A DNA stretch of 64,000 nt from an uncultured Pseudomonadota bacterium (GTDB lineage: Bacteria > CALINM01), in contig CAZIMS010000001.1 of NCBI GenBank assembly GCA_964540515.1, positions 155,218 through 219,217 of the forward strand, in the 5' to 3' direction. Shown one piece after another: positions 48,888 to 59,949 of this stretch. The notes beneath the pieces were generated by a model. That model saw nothing but the letters and a program-made list of their open reading frames with translations, ran no database searches and was not told the DNA's origin. How positions within the stretch are numbered: position 1 is the stretch's first letter; every line of letters begins with the position of its first letter. The translations under genes and the position numbers were made by a program.

Positions 48888-50327
48888 ACGAAGTTTAAAG
48901 ATTTCATATCACTTAAAGATAACTATAAGATTAAGGTTAGCGTCAAAGAGTCATTAGCTGACCTTGATACCCCCCTTTCGTGCTATAAAAAAATCTCCCA
49001 AAAATACAAAAATAGTCCCTGTTTTTTACTTGAAAGTGTCGAGAGTAAAGACAGACTGGGAAGGTACTCAATTATTGGCTTTAACTCTTTTCTCACCTTT
49101 AAAAGTCTGGGAAAAAGGGTTATATTAGAGGGCCTTATCTCCGATGATTTTATATCTACCAACCCCTTTGAAGATTTGAGAAGCATTCTTAAATCCTTTT
49201 CTTTAACAGATGTTCCTCTTAATATACGTTTCCCTGGTGGTGCTGTAGGCTACATAGGATATGACACTATAAGATTTTTTGAGAAAATACCTGATATAAA
49301 ACCTAAAAATCTTGGTATCTACGATATGTTTTTTATCTTTCCTGAAAACCTTATAATCTTTGATAATTTTACCCATAAGATGTACATAATTGTTTTATCC
49401 CCCTATGAAACTAAAAATGAATCAGATTCAGACATCCTAAGACTTCTGAGAAGCCCTATGAGACAAAGAGGGTCTTCTAAGTTTTCCTTTGAGGAGCTAA
49501 AAAGTAACTTTACAAAGGAGCTTTTTCAGGAAAAGGTATCTAAAGCAAAAGAGTATATATGCAATGGAGATATTATTCAGGTAGTTTTATCTCAAAGATT
49601 TAATGTAAAAGCAGAGGTGAACTCTTTAGATTTATACAGAGCCTTAAGAGTTATAAACCCTTCGCCATATATGTTTTATCTTGATTTTAATGACTACTCT
49701 CTCATAGGCTCTTCTCCTGAGATATTGGTTAGATTAGAAAACGGCATTGTTGAAGTTAGGCCTATAGCGGGCACAAGAAAGAGAGGAGAAACAGAGGAAG
49801 AAGACAAAAGATTAGAAGAAGAGCTTATATCGGACACAAAAGAGATAGCGGAACATATAATGCTTGTTGATTTAGGCAGAAACGATGTAGGGAGGATAGC
49901 CAAGATTGGTACAGTTACTGTACCAGACTTAATGACAATAGAACGTTACTCCCATGTTATGCATATAGTTTCATCCGTCAAAGGTGTTATTAAAGAGGGG
50001 GTTGATGCCTTTGATGTCTTTAAAGCTACCTTTCCAGCAGGTACAGTAACTGGAGCCCCAAAGATTCGTGCAATGGAGATAATTGAAGAGTTAGAGCCTG
50101 AAAAAAGAGAGTTTTATGCTGGAGGAGTTGGCTATTTTGGTTATAACGGTAATATGGATTTTTGTATCACCATAAGGACTATGTTAAAAAAGAGAGACAA
50201 CATATATATACAGGCAGGTGCCGGTGTTGTTGCTGACTCAGTACCAGAAAATGAGTATTACGAAACAATAAATAAGGCTAAGGCTCTTTTCAAATCCTTA
50301 ACAGATTTAAAACAGATTATTGAGTAG
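48888..50327 (+). CDS. trpE: anthranilate synthase component I; the SD-spaced start position holds ACG
   Basis: The frame is open from 48873. Product ..[49 protein letters not shown] is a full TrpE N-terminus. The track ORF (49176, TTG) omits ~96 residues. The upstream region has no in-frame ATG/GTG/TTG. AGGGGG at 48877-48882 is spaced for a start at 48888, where the codon is ACG. Confidence 0.7.
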   Translation, partial: TKFKDFISLKDNYKIKVSVKESLADLDTPLSCYKKISQKYKNSPCFLLESVESKDRLGRYSIIGFNSFLTFKSLGKRVILEGLISDDFISTNPFEDLRSILKSFSLTDVPLNIRFPGGAVGYIGYDTIRFFEKIPDIKPKNLGIYDMFFIFPENLIIFDNFTHKMYIIVLSPYETKNESDSDILRLLRSPMRQRGSSKFSFEELKSNFTKELFQEKVSKAKEYICNGDIIQVVLSQRFNVKAEVNSLDLYRALRVINPSPYMFYLDFNDYSLIGSSPEILVRLENGIVEVRPIAGTRKRGETEEEDKRLEEELISDTKEIAEHIMLVDLGRNDVGRIAKIGTVTVPDLMTIERYSHVMHIVSSVKGVIKEGVDAFDVFKATFPAGTVTGAPKIRAMEIIEELEPEKREFYAGGVGYFGYNGNMDFCITIRTMLKKRDNIYIQAGAGVVADSVPENEYYETINKAKALFKSLTDLKQIIE

Positions 50328-50336
50328 AGGATTTAT

Positions 50337-50930
50337 ATGTTAATAATGATTGATAATTATGACTCTTTTACCTATAACCTCGTTCAGTACTTCGGTGAGT
50401 TAGGAGTAGAGGTCGTAGTATTTAGAAACGATGAGATAACTACTAAAGAGATAGAGGGCTTAAAACCAAAGGAGATAGTTATCTCACCAGGCCCATGTAG
50501 TCCTAAAGAGGCAGGTATATCTGTTGAGGTCATTAAACATTTTGCTGGCCGCGTACCTCTACTTGGTGTATGCTTAGGACATCAATCCATAGGCTATGCC
50601 TTTGGGGGTGAGATTATTAAAGCTAAATGCCTTATGCACGGTAAGACATCCCTTATCTTTCATGATGGTAAAAGTATCTTTAAAAAGGTAGAAAACCCCT
50701 TTGAAGCAACAAGATATCACTCTTTAGCCGTAAAAAAAGAGACTCTTATAGGAGATTTTGAGATATCGGCATGGACAGTTGATGGAGAGATTATGGGACT
50801 TCGTCATAAAAAACTTTTCATAGAGGGTGTTCAGTTTCATCCTGAATCTATTCTTACAAGAGAGGGGAAAAAGATACTAAAAAATTTCTTAGACCTTTCA
50901 AAAAAATTCTGGGAGGAGAAAGGTGATTAA
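50337..50930 (+). CDS. trpG: anthranilate synthase component II (glutamine amidotransferase)
   Basis: 197 aa. Class-I GATase with GVCLGHQ and the catalytic His-Glu near the C-terminus. Confidence 0.85.
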   Translation: MLIMIDNYDSFTYNLVQYFGELGVEVVVFRNDEITTKEIEGLKPKEIVISPGPCSPKEAGISVEVIKHFAGRVPLLGVCLGHQSIGYAFGGEIIKAKCLMHGKTSLIFHDGKSIFKKVENPFEATRYHSLAVKKETLIGDFEISAWTVDGEIMGLRHKKLFIEGVQFHPESILTREGKKILKNFLDLSKKFWEEKGD

Positions 50931-51978
50931 AGAGGCTATACACAAAGTGGTTGATAAAATAGACTTAGAAGAAATAGAAATGATTGAAGTAATGAACGAG
51001 ATTATGACTGGTGATGCCACTCCAGCACAGATTGGGGCTTTCATCACAGCATTAAGGATGAAAGGAGAGACTGTAGACGAGATAGTTGGTGCTGCTAAGG
51101 TGATGAGAGAGAAGGCGCTCAAAATACCTGTTGATGATGTAGAAGTAGACCTTGATAGAGACGACATAAATATTGATAGGGAAACTATCCTTGATACCTG
51201 CGGTACTGGAGGGGATGGCACTTTAACTTTCAATGTATCAACAGCAACTGCCTTTGTAGTAGCTTCTGCAGGTATTAGGGTTGCAAAACACGGCAATAGA
51301 TCTGTCTCAAGCATCTGCGGAAGTGCCGATGTTTTAAAAGAGCTTGGCGTAAACATTGAAGCAAGTCCAGAAGTTGTTGCAAGATGCATCAAAAAGGTAG
51401 GTATCGGCTTTCTTTTTGCCCCAACCTTTCATGGTGCCATGAAAAATGCCATTGGCCCAAGAAGAGAGATTGGGATAAGAACAATTTTTAATATCTTAGG
51501 ACCTCTTACAAACCCAGCAGGTGCTAAATACCAGCTCTTAGGTGTATACAGAGAAGAGCTCTGTGATATTCTTGCCCATGTACTATTTAGACTTGGTGCA
51601 AAAAGGGCAATGGTAGTACATGGCCTTGATGGTATGGATGAGATCACTGTTACTAAAGATACAAAAGTTTCTGAAGTATTTGATGGGAAGATAAAAAGTT
51701 ATTATATTAATCCAACCCACTTTAGTCTACCAATTTATGATTTTAAAGAGTTAAAGGGAGGTTCTGCGGAAGATAACGCAAGAATCATAAAAGATATCTT
51801 CGAAGGTAAGGAAAAAGGGGCAAAAAGGGCTATTGTCTTAATGAATGCTGGTGCTGCTTTATACATATCAGGCAGAGCAAAGACTATCAAAGAAGGAATA
51901 ACTATAGCTGAAGAACTTATAGACTCAAAAAAAGTTTTACAAACTCTTGAAAATTTAGTAAGGGAAAGCAATCAATGA
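50923..51978 (+). CDS. trpD: anthranilate phosphoribosyltransferase
   Basis: 351 aa. DTCGTGGDG motif. Overlaps trpG by 8 nt. Confidence 0.9.
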   Translation: MIKEAIHKVVDKIDLEEIEMIEVMNEIMTGDATPAQIGAFITALRMKGETVDEIVGAAKVMREKALKIPVDDVEVDLDRDDINIDRETILDTCGTGGDGTLTFNVSTATAFVVASAGIRVAKHGNRSVSSICGSADVLKELGVNIEASPEVVARCIKKVGIGFLFAPTFHGAMKNAIGPRREIGIRTIFNILGPLTNPAGAKYQLLGVYREELCDILAHVLFRLGAKRAMVVHGLDGMDEITVTKDTKVSEVFDGKIKSYYINPTHFSLPIYDFKELKGGSAEDNARIIKDIFEGKEKGAKRAIVLMNAGAALYISGRAKTIKEGITIAEELIDSKKVLQTLENLVRESNQ

Positions 51979-52754
51979 GTTTTCTTACGGATATTGTAGG
52001 AGAAAAAAGGTTTTTCTTAAAGGAAAAAAAAATCAAGATTCCCCTTTTAGAGCTTAAAAAAAGAGGTTTTGCAGAGAAAAGAGAGTTCTATGAGATATTT
52101 AAAGAAAGGTCTCTTAACAAAACAAGAATTATAGCCGAAGTCAAAAAGGCTTCCCCCTTAAAAGGTCTTTTGAGAGAAGATTTTGACCCCCTAAAGATTG
52201 CAAAAATTTATGAAAATAATGGGGCCTGCGCTATCTCAGTTATCACGGAGGAAAAATTTTTTCAAGGGTCTCTTAACTTTTTAAAAGAAATAAGAAAATC
52301 TGTTAATCTTCCCCTTCTAAGAAAGGATTTTATTATTGATGAATATGAGATATTTGAAGCAAAAGTATATGGTGCCGATGCCATACTTTTTATAGCAGAG
52401 ATACTTGAGAGAGGACAAATTAAAGACTATCTTGAGTTAGCAAAGGAGCTAAAAATAGATGTGCTCTTAGAAGTGCACTCTCTTAAAGCCTACGATAAGG
52501 TCTCAGACTTAACTGGCTATCTCTTAGGTATAAACAATAGGGATCTTAATACTTTAAAGATTGATGTTAATTATGCTCTAGAGATCATTAAGTTTCTACC
52601 AAAAGAGTTGCCGGTGATAGTAGAAAGTGGTATTGATAATAGAGAAATCATTGAAAGATATTTGCAGGTAGGTGCATGTGGTTTTCTTATAGGCACTTCT
52701 CTAATCAAGGCAGATGATATAGGAAAAAAACTTAGAGAACTTCTTGTTCTATGA
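51975..52754 (+). CDS. trpC: indole-3-glycerol-phosphate synthase
   Basis: 259 aa. [12 protein letters not shown] and LLIVA-like TIM-barrel motifs. Confidence 0.85.
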   Translation: MSFLTDIVGEKRFFLKEKKIKIPLLELKKRGFAEKREFYEIFKERSLNKTRIIAEVKKASPLKGLLREDFDPLKIAKIYENNGACAISVITEEKFFQGSLNFLKEIRKSVNLPLLRKDFIIDEYEIFEAKVYGADAILFIAEILERGQIKDYLELAKELKIDVLLEVHSLKAYDKVSDLTGYLLGINNRDLNTLKIDVNYALEIIKFLPKELPVIVESGIDNREIIERYLQVGACGFLIGTSLIKADDIGKKLRELLVL

Positions 52755-53362
52755 TTAGGGTAAAGGTCTGTGGTATAACAAATTTAAAAGATGCCTTGCT
52801 TGTCTCTGAGTTAGGGGCTTCTGCAGTTGGCTTTATATTTTACAAAGGCAGCAAGAGATATATTGAGCCAGTAAGGGCAAAAAAGATTATAGAAGATTTG
52901 CCACCTTTTATTGTAAAGGTAGGCGTATTTGTTAATGAAAAAGAAGAAGATGTGCTTAAAATTATAGAAAACTGCAATATAGATAGAGTACAAATTTTAG
53001 ATGATAACTTTAAAACTTATGAAAAAATCCCCCCAGAGAGGGTAATAAGAGCTATTAGAGTAAAAGATGTATCTGATATCGACATTGCTAATAATAGTCC
53101 CTATTTTCCTCTTCTTGATAAGTATTCCGAGAAGTACTACGGAGGGACAGGAGAAGCCTTTGATTGGCAGCTGTTGAACAAAATGAACAGAAAGTATATA
53201 CTTGCAGGAGGAATAAACATTAATAATTTGGCAACTGCTTTAAGCTATAAACCCTATGGGATTGATGTCTCTTCTGGGATTGAAAAAGAACCCGGATTAA
53301 AGGATGCCGATAAGGTGCATAGGTTTTTTAATCTTCTTAGCGAGCTAATAAGAGTTGTCTAA
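52751..53362 (+). CDS. trpF: phosphoribosylanthranilate isomerase
   Basis: 203 aa. [11 protein letters not shown]-terminus and LAGGIN motif. Confidence 0.8.
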   Translation: MIRVKVCGITNLKDALLVSELGASAVGFIFYKGSKRYIEPVRAKKIIEDLPPFIVKVGVFVNEKEEDVLKIIENCNIDRVQILDDNFKTYEKIPPERVIRAIRVKDVSDIDIANNSPYFPLLDKYSEKYYGGTGEAFDWQLLNKMNRKYILAGGININNLATALSYKPYGIDVSSGIEKEPGLKDADKVHRFFNLLSELIRVV

Positions 53363-53385
53363 ACTGAATTTTTAAGGAGTTTATT

Positions 53386-54567
53386 TTGAAATACCTACCG
53401 GACGAGAGAGGATATTTTGGTAAATTTGGAGGACGTTTTGTTCCTGAGACCCTAATGCCAGCTATATATGAGTTGGAGAAGGCTTTTTACTCCATTATAA
53501 GAGATAAAAAATTTCAGAAAGAGTTTAGATATTATCTTTCTCAGTTTGTTGGCAGACCAACTCCACTATACTTTGCAAGGCGATTATCACAAAGATTAGG
53601 TGTTAAAATCTACTTAAAAAGGGAAGATCTTTGTCATACAGGTGCCCATAAGATTAATAATGCCTTAGGCCAATGTCTACTTGCCCAAAAAATGGGAAAA
53701 GAAAGGATTATAGCAGAAACTGGAGCAGGTCAACACGGAGTTGCTACTGCTACCGCCTCAGCTCTTTTAGGACTAAAATGTAGAATTTATATGGGCGAAG
53801 AAGATACAAAAAGGCAGGCCCTAAATGTTTTTAGGATGAGGCTTTTAGGAGCTGAAGTATGTCCTGTCTATTCTGGCAGTAAAACACTAAAAGATGCAAT
53901 TAATGAAGCCTTAAGAGACTGGGTTACTAATGTTTCCAATACCCATTATATCATTGGAACTGTCTTTGGACCTCACCCCTATCCAGAGATGGTAAGAGAG
54001 TTTCAATCAGTAATAGGCATTGAAACTTCCAGACAGATAAAAAAATGTGAGGGGAGACTCCCTGATTATATCGTTGCCTGTGTTGGTGGTGGTAGTAACG
54101 CTATGGGGATATTTTATCCATTCTTAAAGGAAAAATCCGTAAAGCTTATCGGCGTTGAAGCAGGTGGTCTTGGTGTTGAGACAGGAAAACATGCAGCAAG
54201 ATTTAGTGGCGGTAGTATAGGGATATTTCAAGGAACCAAAAGCTATCTTTTACAAGATGAGAATGGACAGATTTTAACGACCCACTCAGTATCGGCAGGC
54301 TTAGATTATGCCAGTGTGGGTCCTGAACATTCACATCTTTTTGAGACCGGAAGAGCAGAATATACCTATGCAACAGATGAAGAGGCCCTTTTTGCTTTTA
54401 AGCTCCTCTCTGATACGGAAGGTATTATACCAGCCTTAGAAAGTAGCCATGCTATTGCATATGTTGTTAAAAATGCAACCAACTTAAAAGATAAGCTTGT
54501 AGTTGTAAACCTCTCAGGAAGAGGTGATAAAGACGTATCCTATGTAAGTGAGCTATTAAATGAATAA
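53386..54567 (+). CDS. trpB: tryptophan synthase beta chain
   Basis: 393 aa. PLP lysine region [21 protein letters not shown]. Confidence 0.9.
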   Translation: MKYLPDERGYFGKFGGRFVPETLMPAIYELEKAFYSIIRDKKFQKEFRYYLSQFVGRPTPLYFARRLSQRLGVKIYLKREDLCHTGAHKINNALGQCLLAQKMGKERIIAETGAGQHGVATATASALLGLKCRIYMGEEDTKRQALNVFRMRLLGAEVCPVYSGSKTLKDAINEALRDWVTNVSNTHYIIGTVFGPHPYPEMVREFQSVIGIETSRQIKKCEGRLPDYIVACVGGGSNAMGIFYPFLKEKSVKLIGVEAGGLGVETGKHAARFSGGSIGIFQGTKSYLLQDENGQILTTHSVSAGLDYASVGPEHSHLFETGRAEYTYATDEEALFAFKLLSDTEGIIPALESSHAIAYVVKNATNLKDKLVVVNLSGRGDKDVSYVSELLNE

Positions 54568-55363
54568 CATTGAAATTGTTTTTAAAAATTTAGCAAAAAT
54601 CAAAAAAAAGGCCTTCATTCCATATATAACTGCAGGAGACTATGGTTTAGAAAGGACCTATGAGGCATTAAAATTTTTTTCTGATGAAGGGGCAGACATA
54701 ATTGAGTTAGGTGTTCCTTTTTCAGATCCTATGGCAGATGGAGAGGTTATCCAAAGGGCAATGGAAAGGGCTCTCTTGGCAAAAACAAGTTTAAGAGATG
54801 TCTTATCATTAGTAAAAAGGTTTAAAGAAAACTACTCAACACCGATTATACTTATGGGTTATTATAACCCCTTTTACAAGTATGGTCTTGAAAATTTTGC
54901 TAAAGATGCTTCCTCATCTGGCGTAGATGGTATCTTAACAGTAGATTTGCCACCTGAAGAGGCAAGAGAGTTTGTCTCAACTCTAAAAAAACACAAGATT
55001 CTTCCTATCTTCTTGGCAACTCCTACGAGCGATATAAAAAGACTTATAAAAATTAAAAATTTTGCGAAGGGCTTCATCTATTTCGTCTCAGTTACAGGAG
55101 TTACAGGGGAAAGAGCTGATTTGTCTGATCAATTATCCAATAACCTATCTCTTGTAAAAAAAACCATAGGTTTACCAGTAGTTTTAGGGTTCGGTATCTC
55201 ATCTCCTGATATTATTAAGAAGTTCTACAAATTTGCTGATGGCTTTGTTGTAGGAAGTGCTTTAGTAAAAAGATGGGAAAATTATAACGCAACTGGTGAT
55301 TTTACAGATTTTAGTAATTTTTTCAAATCAATGGTTGAGAGTTGTTACGCTAAAATACCTTAA
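54560..55363 (+). CDS. trpA: tryptophan synthase alpha chain
   Basis: 267 aa. [14 protein letters not shown] motif. Confidence 0.9.
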   Translation: MNNIEIVFKNLAKIKKKAFIPYITAGDYGLERTYEALKFFSDEGADIIELGVPFSDPMADGEVIQRAMERALLAKTSLRDVLSLVKRFKENYSTPIILMGYYNPFYKYGLENFAKDASSSGVDGILTVDLPPEEAREFVSTLKKHKILPIFLATPTSDIKRLIKIKNFAKGFIYFVSVTGVTGERADLSDQLSNNLSLVKKTIGLPVVLGFGISSPDIIKKFYKFADGFVVGSALVKRWENYNATGDFTDFSNFFKSMVESCYAKIP

Positions 55364-55365
55364 GA

Positions 55366-55385
55366 TCAGTTTTATTTTAAACTGA
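55366..55385 (+). terminator. weak hairpin after trpA (7-bp stem TCAGTTT/AAACTGA, 6-nt loop), no U-tract
   Basis: Sequence TCAGTTTtattttAAACTGA lies immediately 3' of the trpA stop. It is AT-rich and has no downstream T run. Confidence 0.25.
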
Positions 55386-55425
55386 GATATACCTACTCCT
55401 CTCAACTTATTAATTAGGGGGTTTT

Positions 55426-56196
55426 ATGCAAATAGAGGTCTTAGGCTGTTTTGGTGGAGTTGACCCCAAGCACAATCCTGTCACATTAATGCTTGACGAG
55501 AAGATATTATTAGATGCAGGATCTGTTGTGTCTATCCTACCTTTAGAAAGGCAGAAAAAGATTAACTCAATATTACTTACTCATTCTCATCTAGACCATA
55601 TTAAGGACCTATGTTTCTTGGCAGATAATTTTGTAATGATGGGGAAAGGTCCTATAAATGTTTATGGCACTAAAGAAGTGCTTGATATGCTTAAGAAAAA
55701 TGTCATGAATAATAAGATCTGGCCAGATTTTTTTGAGATAAAGGGAAAAAAAGGCAAAACTGTGCTTACATTAAACCCTATAGAAAAGGGTGATGTTGTA
55801 ACTATCAATGGTAAATATACGGTAGAAGCATTGCAGACAAATCATTCTGTCTCCTCTTCAGGCTACTTAATAGGATGTGGAGATAAATATATCGCCTATA
55901 CTGGAGATACTGGACCATGCCCAGCTCTATGGAAAAGACTTAACGATGTAAAAAATTTGAAGGCTCTATTTATAGAAACATCTTTTCCAAGCCAAAATAA
56001 AGAATTGGCTTTAATTACAGGACATTTAACACCATCACTTTTAATGAGCGAGCTTGAGAATTTTAACAACAAAAAGACAAAAATATATATTTTTCACATT
56101 AAACCCCCCTTTCTTGAACAGATAAAAGCAGAGTTCTGCCAGTTACAAAATAAAAGTATTTATATATTAGATGATGGACATAAAATTAGAATATAA
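55426..56196 (+). CDS. MBL-fold hydrolase with a class-II cyclic-nucleotide phosphodiesterase signature
   Basis: 256 aa. HSHLDHIKDL matches the PDEase_II H-x-H-L-D-H-[LIVM] signature. Confidence 0.6.
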   Translation: MQIEVLGCFGGVDPKHNPVTLMLDEKILLDAGSVVSILPLERQKKINSILLTHSHLDHIKDLCFLADNFVMMGKGPINVYGTKEVLDMLKKNVMNNKIWPDFFEIKGKKGKTVLTLNPIEKGDVVTINGKYTVEALQTNHSVSSSGYLIGCGDKYIAYTGDTGPCPALWKRLNDVKNLKALFIETSFPSQNKELALITGHLTPSLLMSELENFNNKKTKIYIFHIKPPFLEQIKAEFCQLQNKSIYILDDGHKIRI

Positions 56197-56210
56197 TAAC
56201 TTTACAAGCT

Positions 56211-57476
56211 ATGAAAAGTGATGTCTTTAGCTATCTTTATGGTTTAGAAAAGTACGGTATTCTTTTAGGTTTAGAAAATATAGAGATATTATTATCTCTT
56301 CTTGGTAACCCTGAAAAAAAGATTAAAACTATTCACATAGTGGGCACCAATGGAAAAGGTTCAACGGCATCTTTTCTTTCTAATATCCTTTTATCAGCAG
56401 GATATAAGGTTGGTGTCTACACATCTCCTCATCTTATAAAATTCAACGAACGAATTAAAATAAACAAAAGATTTATCTCAGATAAAGATATAGAACGCAT
56501 CGCCTTTGATATAAAAGGAAGAATTGAAAAATCTCCTCACAAAGATAGACCCTATACTTTCTTTGAGGTAACTACAGCCCTTGCCTTTCAGTATTTTTAT
56601 GATAAAGGAGTTGATATAGCGGTTATTGAGGCTGGTTTAGGGGGCAGGCTTGATGCAACAAATGTACTAAATCCTCTTGTTACAATAATTACAAATGTTG
56701 GATTGGAACATAAAGAATTTTTAGGTGATACCCTTGAAAAAATAGCCTTTGAGAAAGGCTCTGTTATCAAAAAGGATGTGCCTGCAGTAACAGCCGTTAC
56801 AGAAGAGAGTCCCTTAGAAGTTATAACTACCATAGCCAGAGATAGACAGGCACCTCTTTATGTTTTAGGTAGAGATTTTAATTATCGTAGAAAGAGTCTT
56901 TTTGATTATGATTACAGAGGTATTAAAAATAACTATAGTAACCTTAAACTTAAAAATCTTGTAGGTATTAACCAGTTTATGAACTCTACTTTAGCCCTTG
57001 CCTCAGTTGAGTTATTAAAAACAAAGGGTTTTAAAATCTCAACGGATGCTGTAAGGGAGGGTATAGCAAATGCTAAATGGGAGGGGCGCTTTGAGATTAT
57101 AAAAAAAAGGCCTCTATTTATAATCGATGGTGCCCACAATCCTCACGGCATCAAGGCCTTGATAGATAATTTGAAAAACTTTTATCCTAACAAGAAGTTT
57201 AATTTTATTTTAAATATATTAAAAGATAAAGATATTAATGAGATGATAGACAGTATCAAGCCCTACTCTCAATACATATATCTTACTCCAAACAAAAACG
57301 AAAGGTCCTATTCTGCTGATGAGTTAAGAAAAGGTTTTTCAAAAAGAGAGAATTTTTTTGTTTTTGATGATATACCCTCTGCAATTCAAAAAGCCCTTTC
57401 AGAAAATACGCCTACTGTCTTTACAGGCTCTTTATATGGGATTGGAGAAGCAAAGGAATACCTCTCAAAATGTTAA
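56211..57476 (+). CDS. folC: bifunctional folylpolyglutamate synthase / dihydrofolate synthase
   Basis: 421 aa. Mur-ligase P-loop VGTNGKGST and the FolC central and C-terminal domains. Confidence 0.8.
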   Translation: MKSDVFSYLYGLEKYGILLGLENIEILLSLLGNPEKKIKTIHIVGTNGKGSTASFLSNILLSAGYKVGVYTSPHLIKFNERIKINKRFISDKDIERIAFDIKGRIEKSPHKDRPYTFFEVTTALAFQYFYDKGVDIAVIEAGLGGRLDATNVLNPLVTIITNVGLEHKEFLGDTLEKIAFEKGSVIKKDVPAVTAVTEESPLEVITTIARDRQAPLYVLGRDFNYRRKSLFDYDYRGIKNNYSNLKLKNLVGINQFMNSTLALASVELLKTKGFKISTDAVREGIANAKWEGRFEIIKKRPLFIIDGAHNPHGIKALIDNLKNFYPNKKFNFILNILKDKDINEMIDSIKPYSQYIYLTPNKNERSYSADELRKGFSKRENFFVFDDIPSAIQKALSENTPTVFTGSLYGIGEAKEYLSKC

Positions 57477-59401
57477 AAAAAATCATTATCTTCTTGTTTT
57501 TACAAGTTCTATTTTTATCTAATATAACATATGCAAAAGAGATAGAGATTACTGCCGAAGAATTTATTGTAGATAATGACCAAGGCTATTATGTTGCTAA
57601 GGGAAATGTTGTTTCATACTTTGAAGGCTATACCATATTTTCAGATAGTATACTTTATGATAAAAAAACTGAGATGATATATATTGATGGCAATTTTAAG
57701 CTAATCAATGATTTCCTCGGTTTGTTTGATGGCCTTAAGTACGATCTAAAAAAAAAAGAAGGATACATTAATAAAGGTGACCTTTTCTATTTCTCTCAAG
57801 ATAAAAAGAAGCAAAAATTTATTAGCGGCGAGAATATAGTTATCTTCGATAAACATAATTTTTTTCTCTCAAAAGGCACTATTAGTAGCTGTGAGGGTGA
57901 GCATAAACCATGGTATATAAAAGCTAATGATATTGATATTACTTTAGGAGATTACCTTACAGCAAAAAATGTTACTCTCTATGGTGCAAATATCCCTCTT
58001 GTCTATTCCCCCTATTTTCTTGTTCCTATAAAAAAAGAAAAGGAATCAGGCTTTTTATTTCCCACCTTTGGTTACTCTGGAAAAAACGGTTTTATGATGG
58101 AACTGCCATATTATTTCTTTCTCCATGAAAGCTACGATGATACCCTAAGCCTTAAAGTAAGAAGTGAAAACACTATTGGTTTTGATAATGAGTTTCGCTA
58201 CAGACTTTCAAAAAATGAAGAGGGTTTATTTAACATCTCTTTATATAACAATTTTCATCAAGAAAAAGACTACTTTTTTATAAACTTTAAGCATAGCAAG
58301 AATAACTCACTTAAGGCTGACTTAAGTCTTATTAATAGGCCTGATTTTTTTTATGATTATAGTAATGACACATATCTAAAAAGTCTTCCCTATTTAAGGA
58401 GCTTAGCCTTTTATGAGACTGTATCTTATAGAGCCCTTTACTCTCTTGACTTTTTAAATCTCTACGACATTAATCTTCAAGAGAGAGATTTTACATCCTT
58501 TACGCTCAACAGAGTCTCCTTCCCTATCTCATTTAATAACATCTTTTATAACATTGATGCTTCTCTAAGTTATTTAAATAAGGGAAGTGATGATTTTGCA
58601 AGAATTTTTATCTCGCCCTATGGGATGTATAGCTTCTCAAGAGATACCTATGACTTGTCATTAAAACTATATGGTGATATCACTTATTATAAAGAACTTT
58701 TTAAAGAAGAGGAGAAAAGAGCATTCTTTATAATTAATCCAGAGGCACAAATACACATGTCCTATCTCATTGATAATATATATATAGCAAGAAACAGCCT
58801 AAAAATTACATCTTTCTTGCCTTTTATAAAGATCGACAACATAAGTTTCATAAACGATAGAAGGGATTTCTTTAATAAATCAAAGAGGGTTGAGTTAAGT
58901 TTAGAAGAAGACTTTATAAAACAAGATGATGGTAAGCTATTATACAATTTTAAGATTAGTCAGGATTATTTTTTAGATGATGATTATCAAAGTGAGAGAT
59001 TTTCTGATCTTAAGATACAACTAAGAACTTTCTTATCAAATCTTACATTAACTCTTATAGGAGATTATAATCATAAAAGAGGCGACCTAACAAGTCTTTT
59101 TTTCTACAGCGATTACAAATCAGAGATACTTAATTTCAATCTAAACTATAACAAAAGTTTTAACATATCTGAGTTTGCAAATATGTCCATATCAAAAAAG
59201 TTTAAGGATACCCTTAATATTGGATTATTAGGCAGGTTTGATATAAAAGAAAATATTTTAAAAGAGACAGGCCTTATTCTCGATTATTTAAAAAACTGCT
59301 ATAGTATTAAATTAGATTTTAGAAATAGAAAAGAACCTTCCGATTTTGTCTTCTTTTTATACATAAATCTTTATGGGCTTGGCGAGATTAAGTTCGAATG
59401 A
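57470..59401 (+). CDS. lptD: LPS-assembly outer-membrane protein LptD (OstA family)
   Basis: 643 aa. Signal peptide. N-terminal OstA/LptA-like beta-jellyroll (AKGNVVSYFEGYTIFSDSILYDKKTEMIYIDGNFKL). Long C-terminal beta-barrel rich in Y/F/N strands. Start overlaps folC by 7 nt. Confidence 0.6.
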   Translation: MLKKIIIFLFLQVLFLSNITYAKEIEITAEEFIVDNDQGYYVAKGNVVSYFEGYTIFSDSILYDKKTEMIYIDGNFKLINDFLGLFDGLKYDLKKKEGYINKGDLFYFSQDKKKQKFISGENIVIFDKHNFFLSKGTISSCEGEHKPWYIKANDIDITLGDYLTAKNVTLYGANIPLVYSPYFLVPIKKEKESGFLFPTFGYSGKNGFMMELPYYFFLHESYDDTLSLKVRSENTIGFDNEFRYRLSKNEEGLFNISLYNNFHQEKDYFFINFKHSKNNSLKADLSLINRPDFFYDYSNDTYLKSLPYLRSLAFYETVSYRALYSLDFLNLYDINLQERDFTSFTLNRVSFPISFNNIFYNIDASLSYLNKGSDDFARIFISPYGMYSFSRDTYDLSLKLYGDITYYKELFKEEEKRAFFIINPEAQIHMSYLIDNIYIARNSLKITSFLPFIKIDNISFINDRRDFFNKSKRVELSLEEDFIKQDDGKLLYNFKISQDYFLDDDYQSERFSDLKIQLRTFLSNLTLTLIGDYNHKRGDLTSLFFYSDYKSEILNFNLNYNKSFNISEFANMSISKKFKDTLNIGLLGRFDIKENILKETGLILDYLKNCYSIKLDFRNRKEPSDFVFFLYINLYGLGEIKFE

Positions 59402-59949
59402 GTAAATATAAATTTTTAAAAAGTATTCATATCTTTAAAGACTACAAAGCTTTTAGCTTGCCCGAGTTTGCCTTCGCAGGCAGGTCTAATGTTGGCAAAT
59501 CATCACTAATAAATGCTCTTGTAAACTCAAAAATTGCCCATACCAGCAAGACTCCTGGTAAGACAAAGTCTATAAACTTTTTTCTCATTGAAGATAGATA
59601 TGTCCTTGCTGACCTGCCGGGATATGGCTATGCCAAGGTGTCAAAAGAAGAGATATTTAAATGGAAAGAGCTTGTAGAGAGCTATATTACCTATTCAGAA
59701 AAATTAAGAATGGTTTTTATTGTTATTGATATACAGAGAGGTCCAGAGGAAGAAGAGATTAAATTAATGGATTGGTTAAACCATATAAAGAAACCATATA
59801 GAGTAATCTTTTCTAAAATAGATAGACTCTCAAAAAATGAGTTGAGACATAAAATGATTAATTATGAGAGTTTAAAACCAATATATTTTTCCTCCTTAAA
59901 TAAATTTGGTAAGAGAGAAATTATTAAAATCATTGAGGAGGTATTATAA
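59398..59949 (+). CDS. engB: ribosome-biogenesis GTPase EngB/YsxC
   Basis: 183 aa. G1 GRSNVGKSS. G3 DLPGYG. G4 SKID. Confidence 0.85.
   Translation: MSKYKFLKSIHIFKDYKAFSLPEFAFAGRSNVGKSSLINALVNSKIAHTSKTPGKTKSINFFLIEDRYVLADLPGYGYAKVSKEEIFKWKELVESYITYSEKLRMVFIVIDIQRGPEEEEIKLMDWLNHIKKPYRVIFSKIDRLSKNELRHKMINYESLKPIYFSSLNKFGKREIIKIIEEVL

Noticed and set aside
49176-50327. trpE starting at the TTG at 49176 as in the ORF track
   Set aside because: The upstream 96 in-frame codons encode conserved TrpE N-terminal motifs and follow a correctly spaced Shine-Dalgarno. A TTG start would remove ~100 residues of the protein.
50898-51392. 164-aa antisense ORF across trpG/trpD
   Set aside because: Low-complexity Ser/Thr/Ala-rich product lying opposite to two highly conserved trp genes.
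55366-55385. Strong rho-independent terminator after trpA
   Set aside because: The stem is only 7 bp, all A/T apart from two pairs, and there is no U-tract. Kept only as a low-confidence feature.
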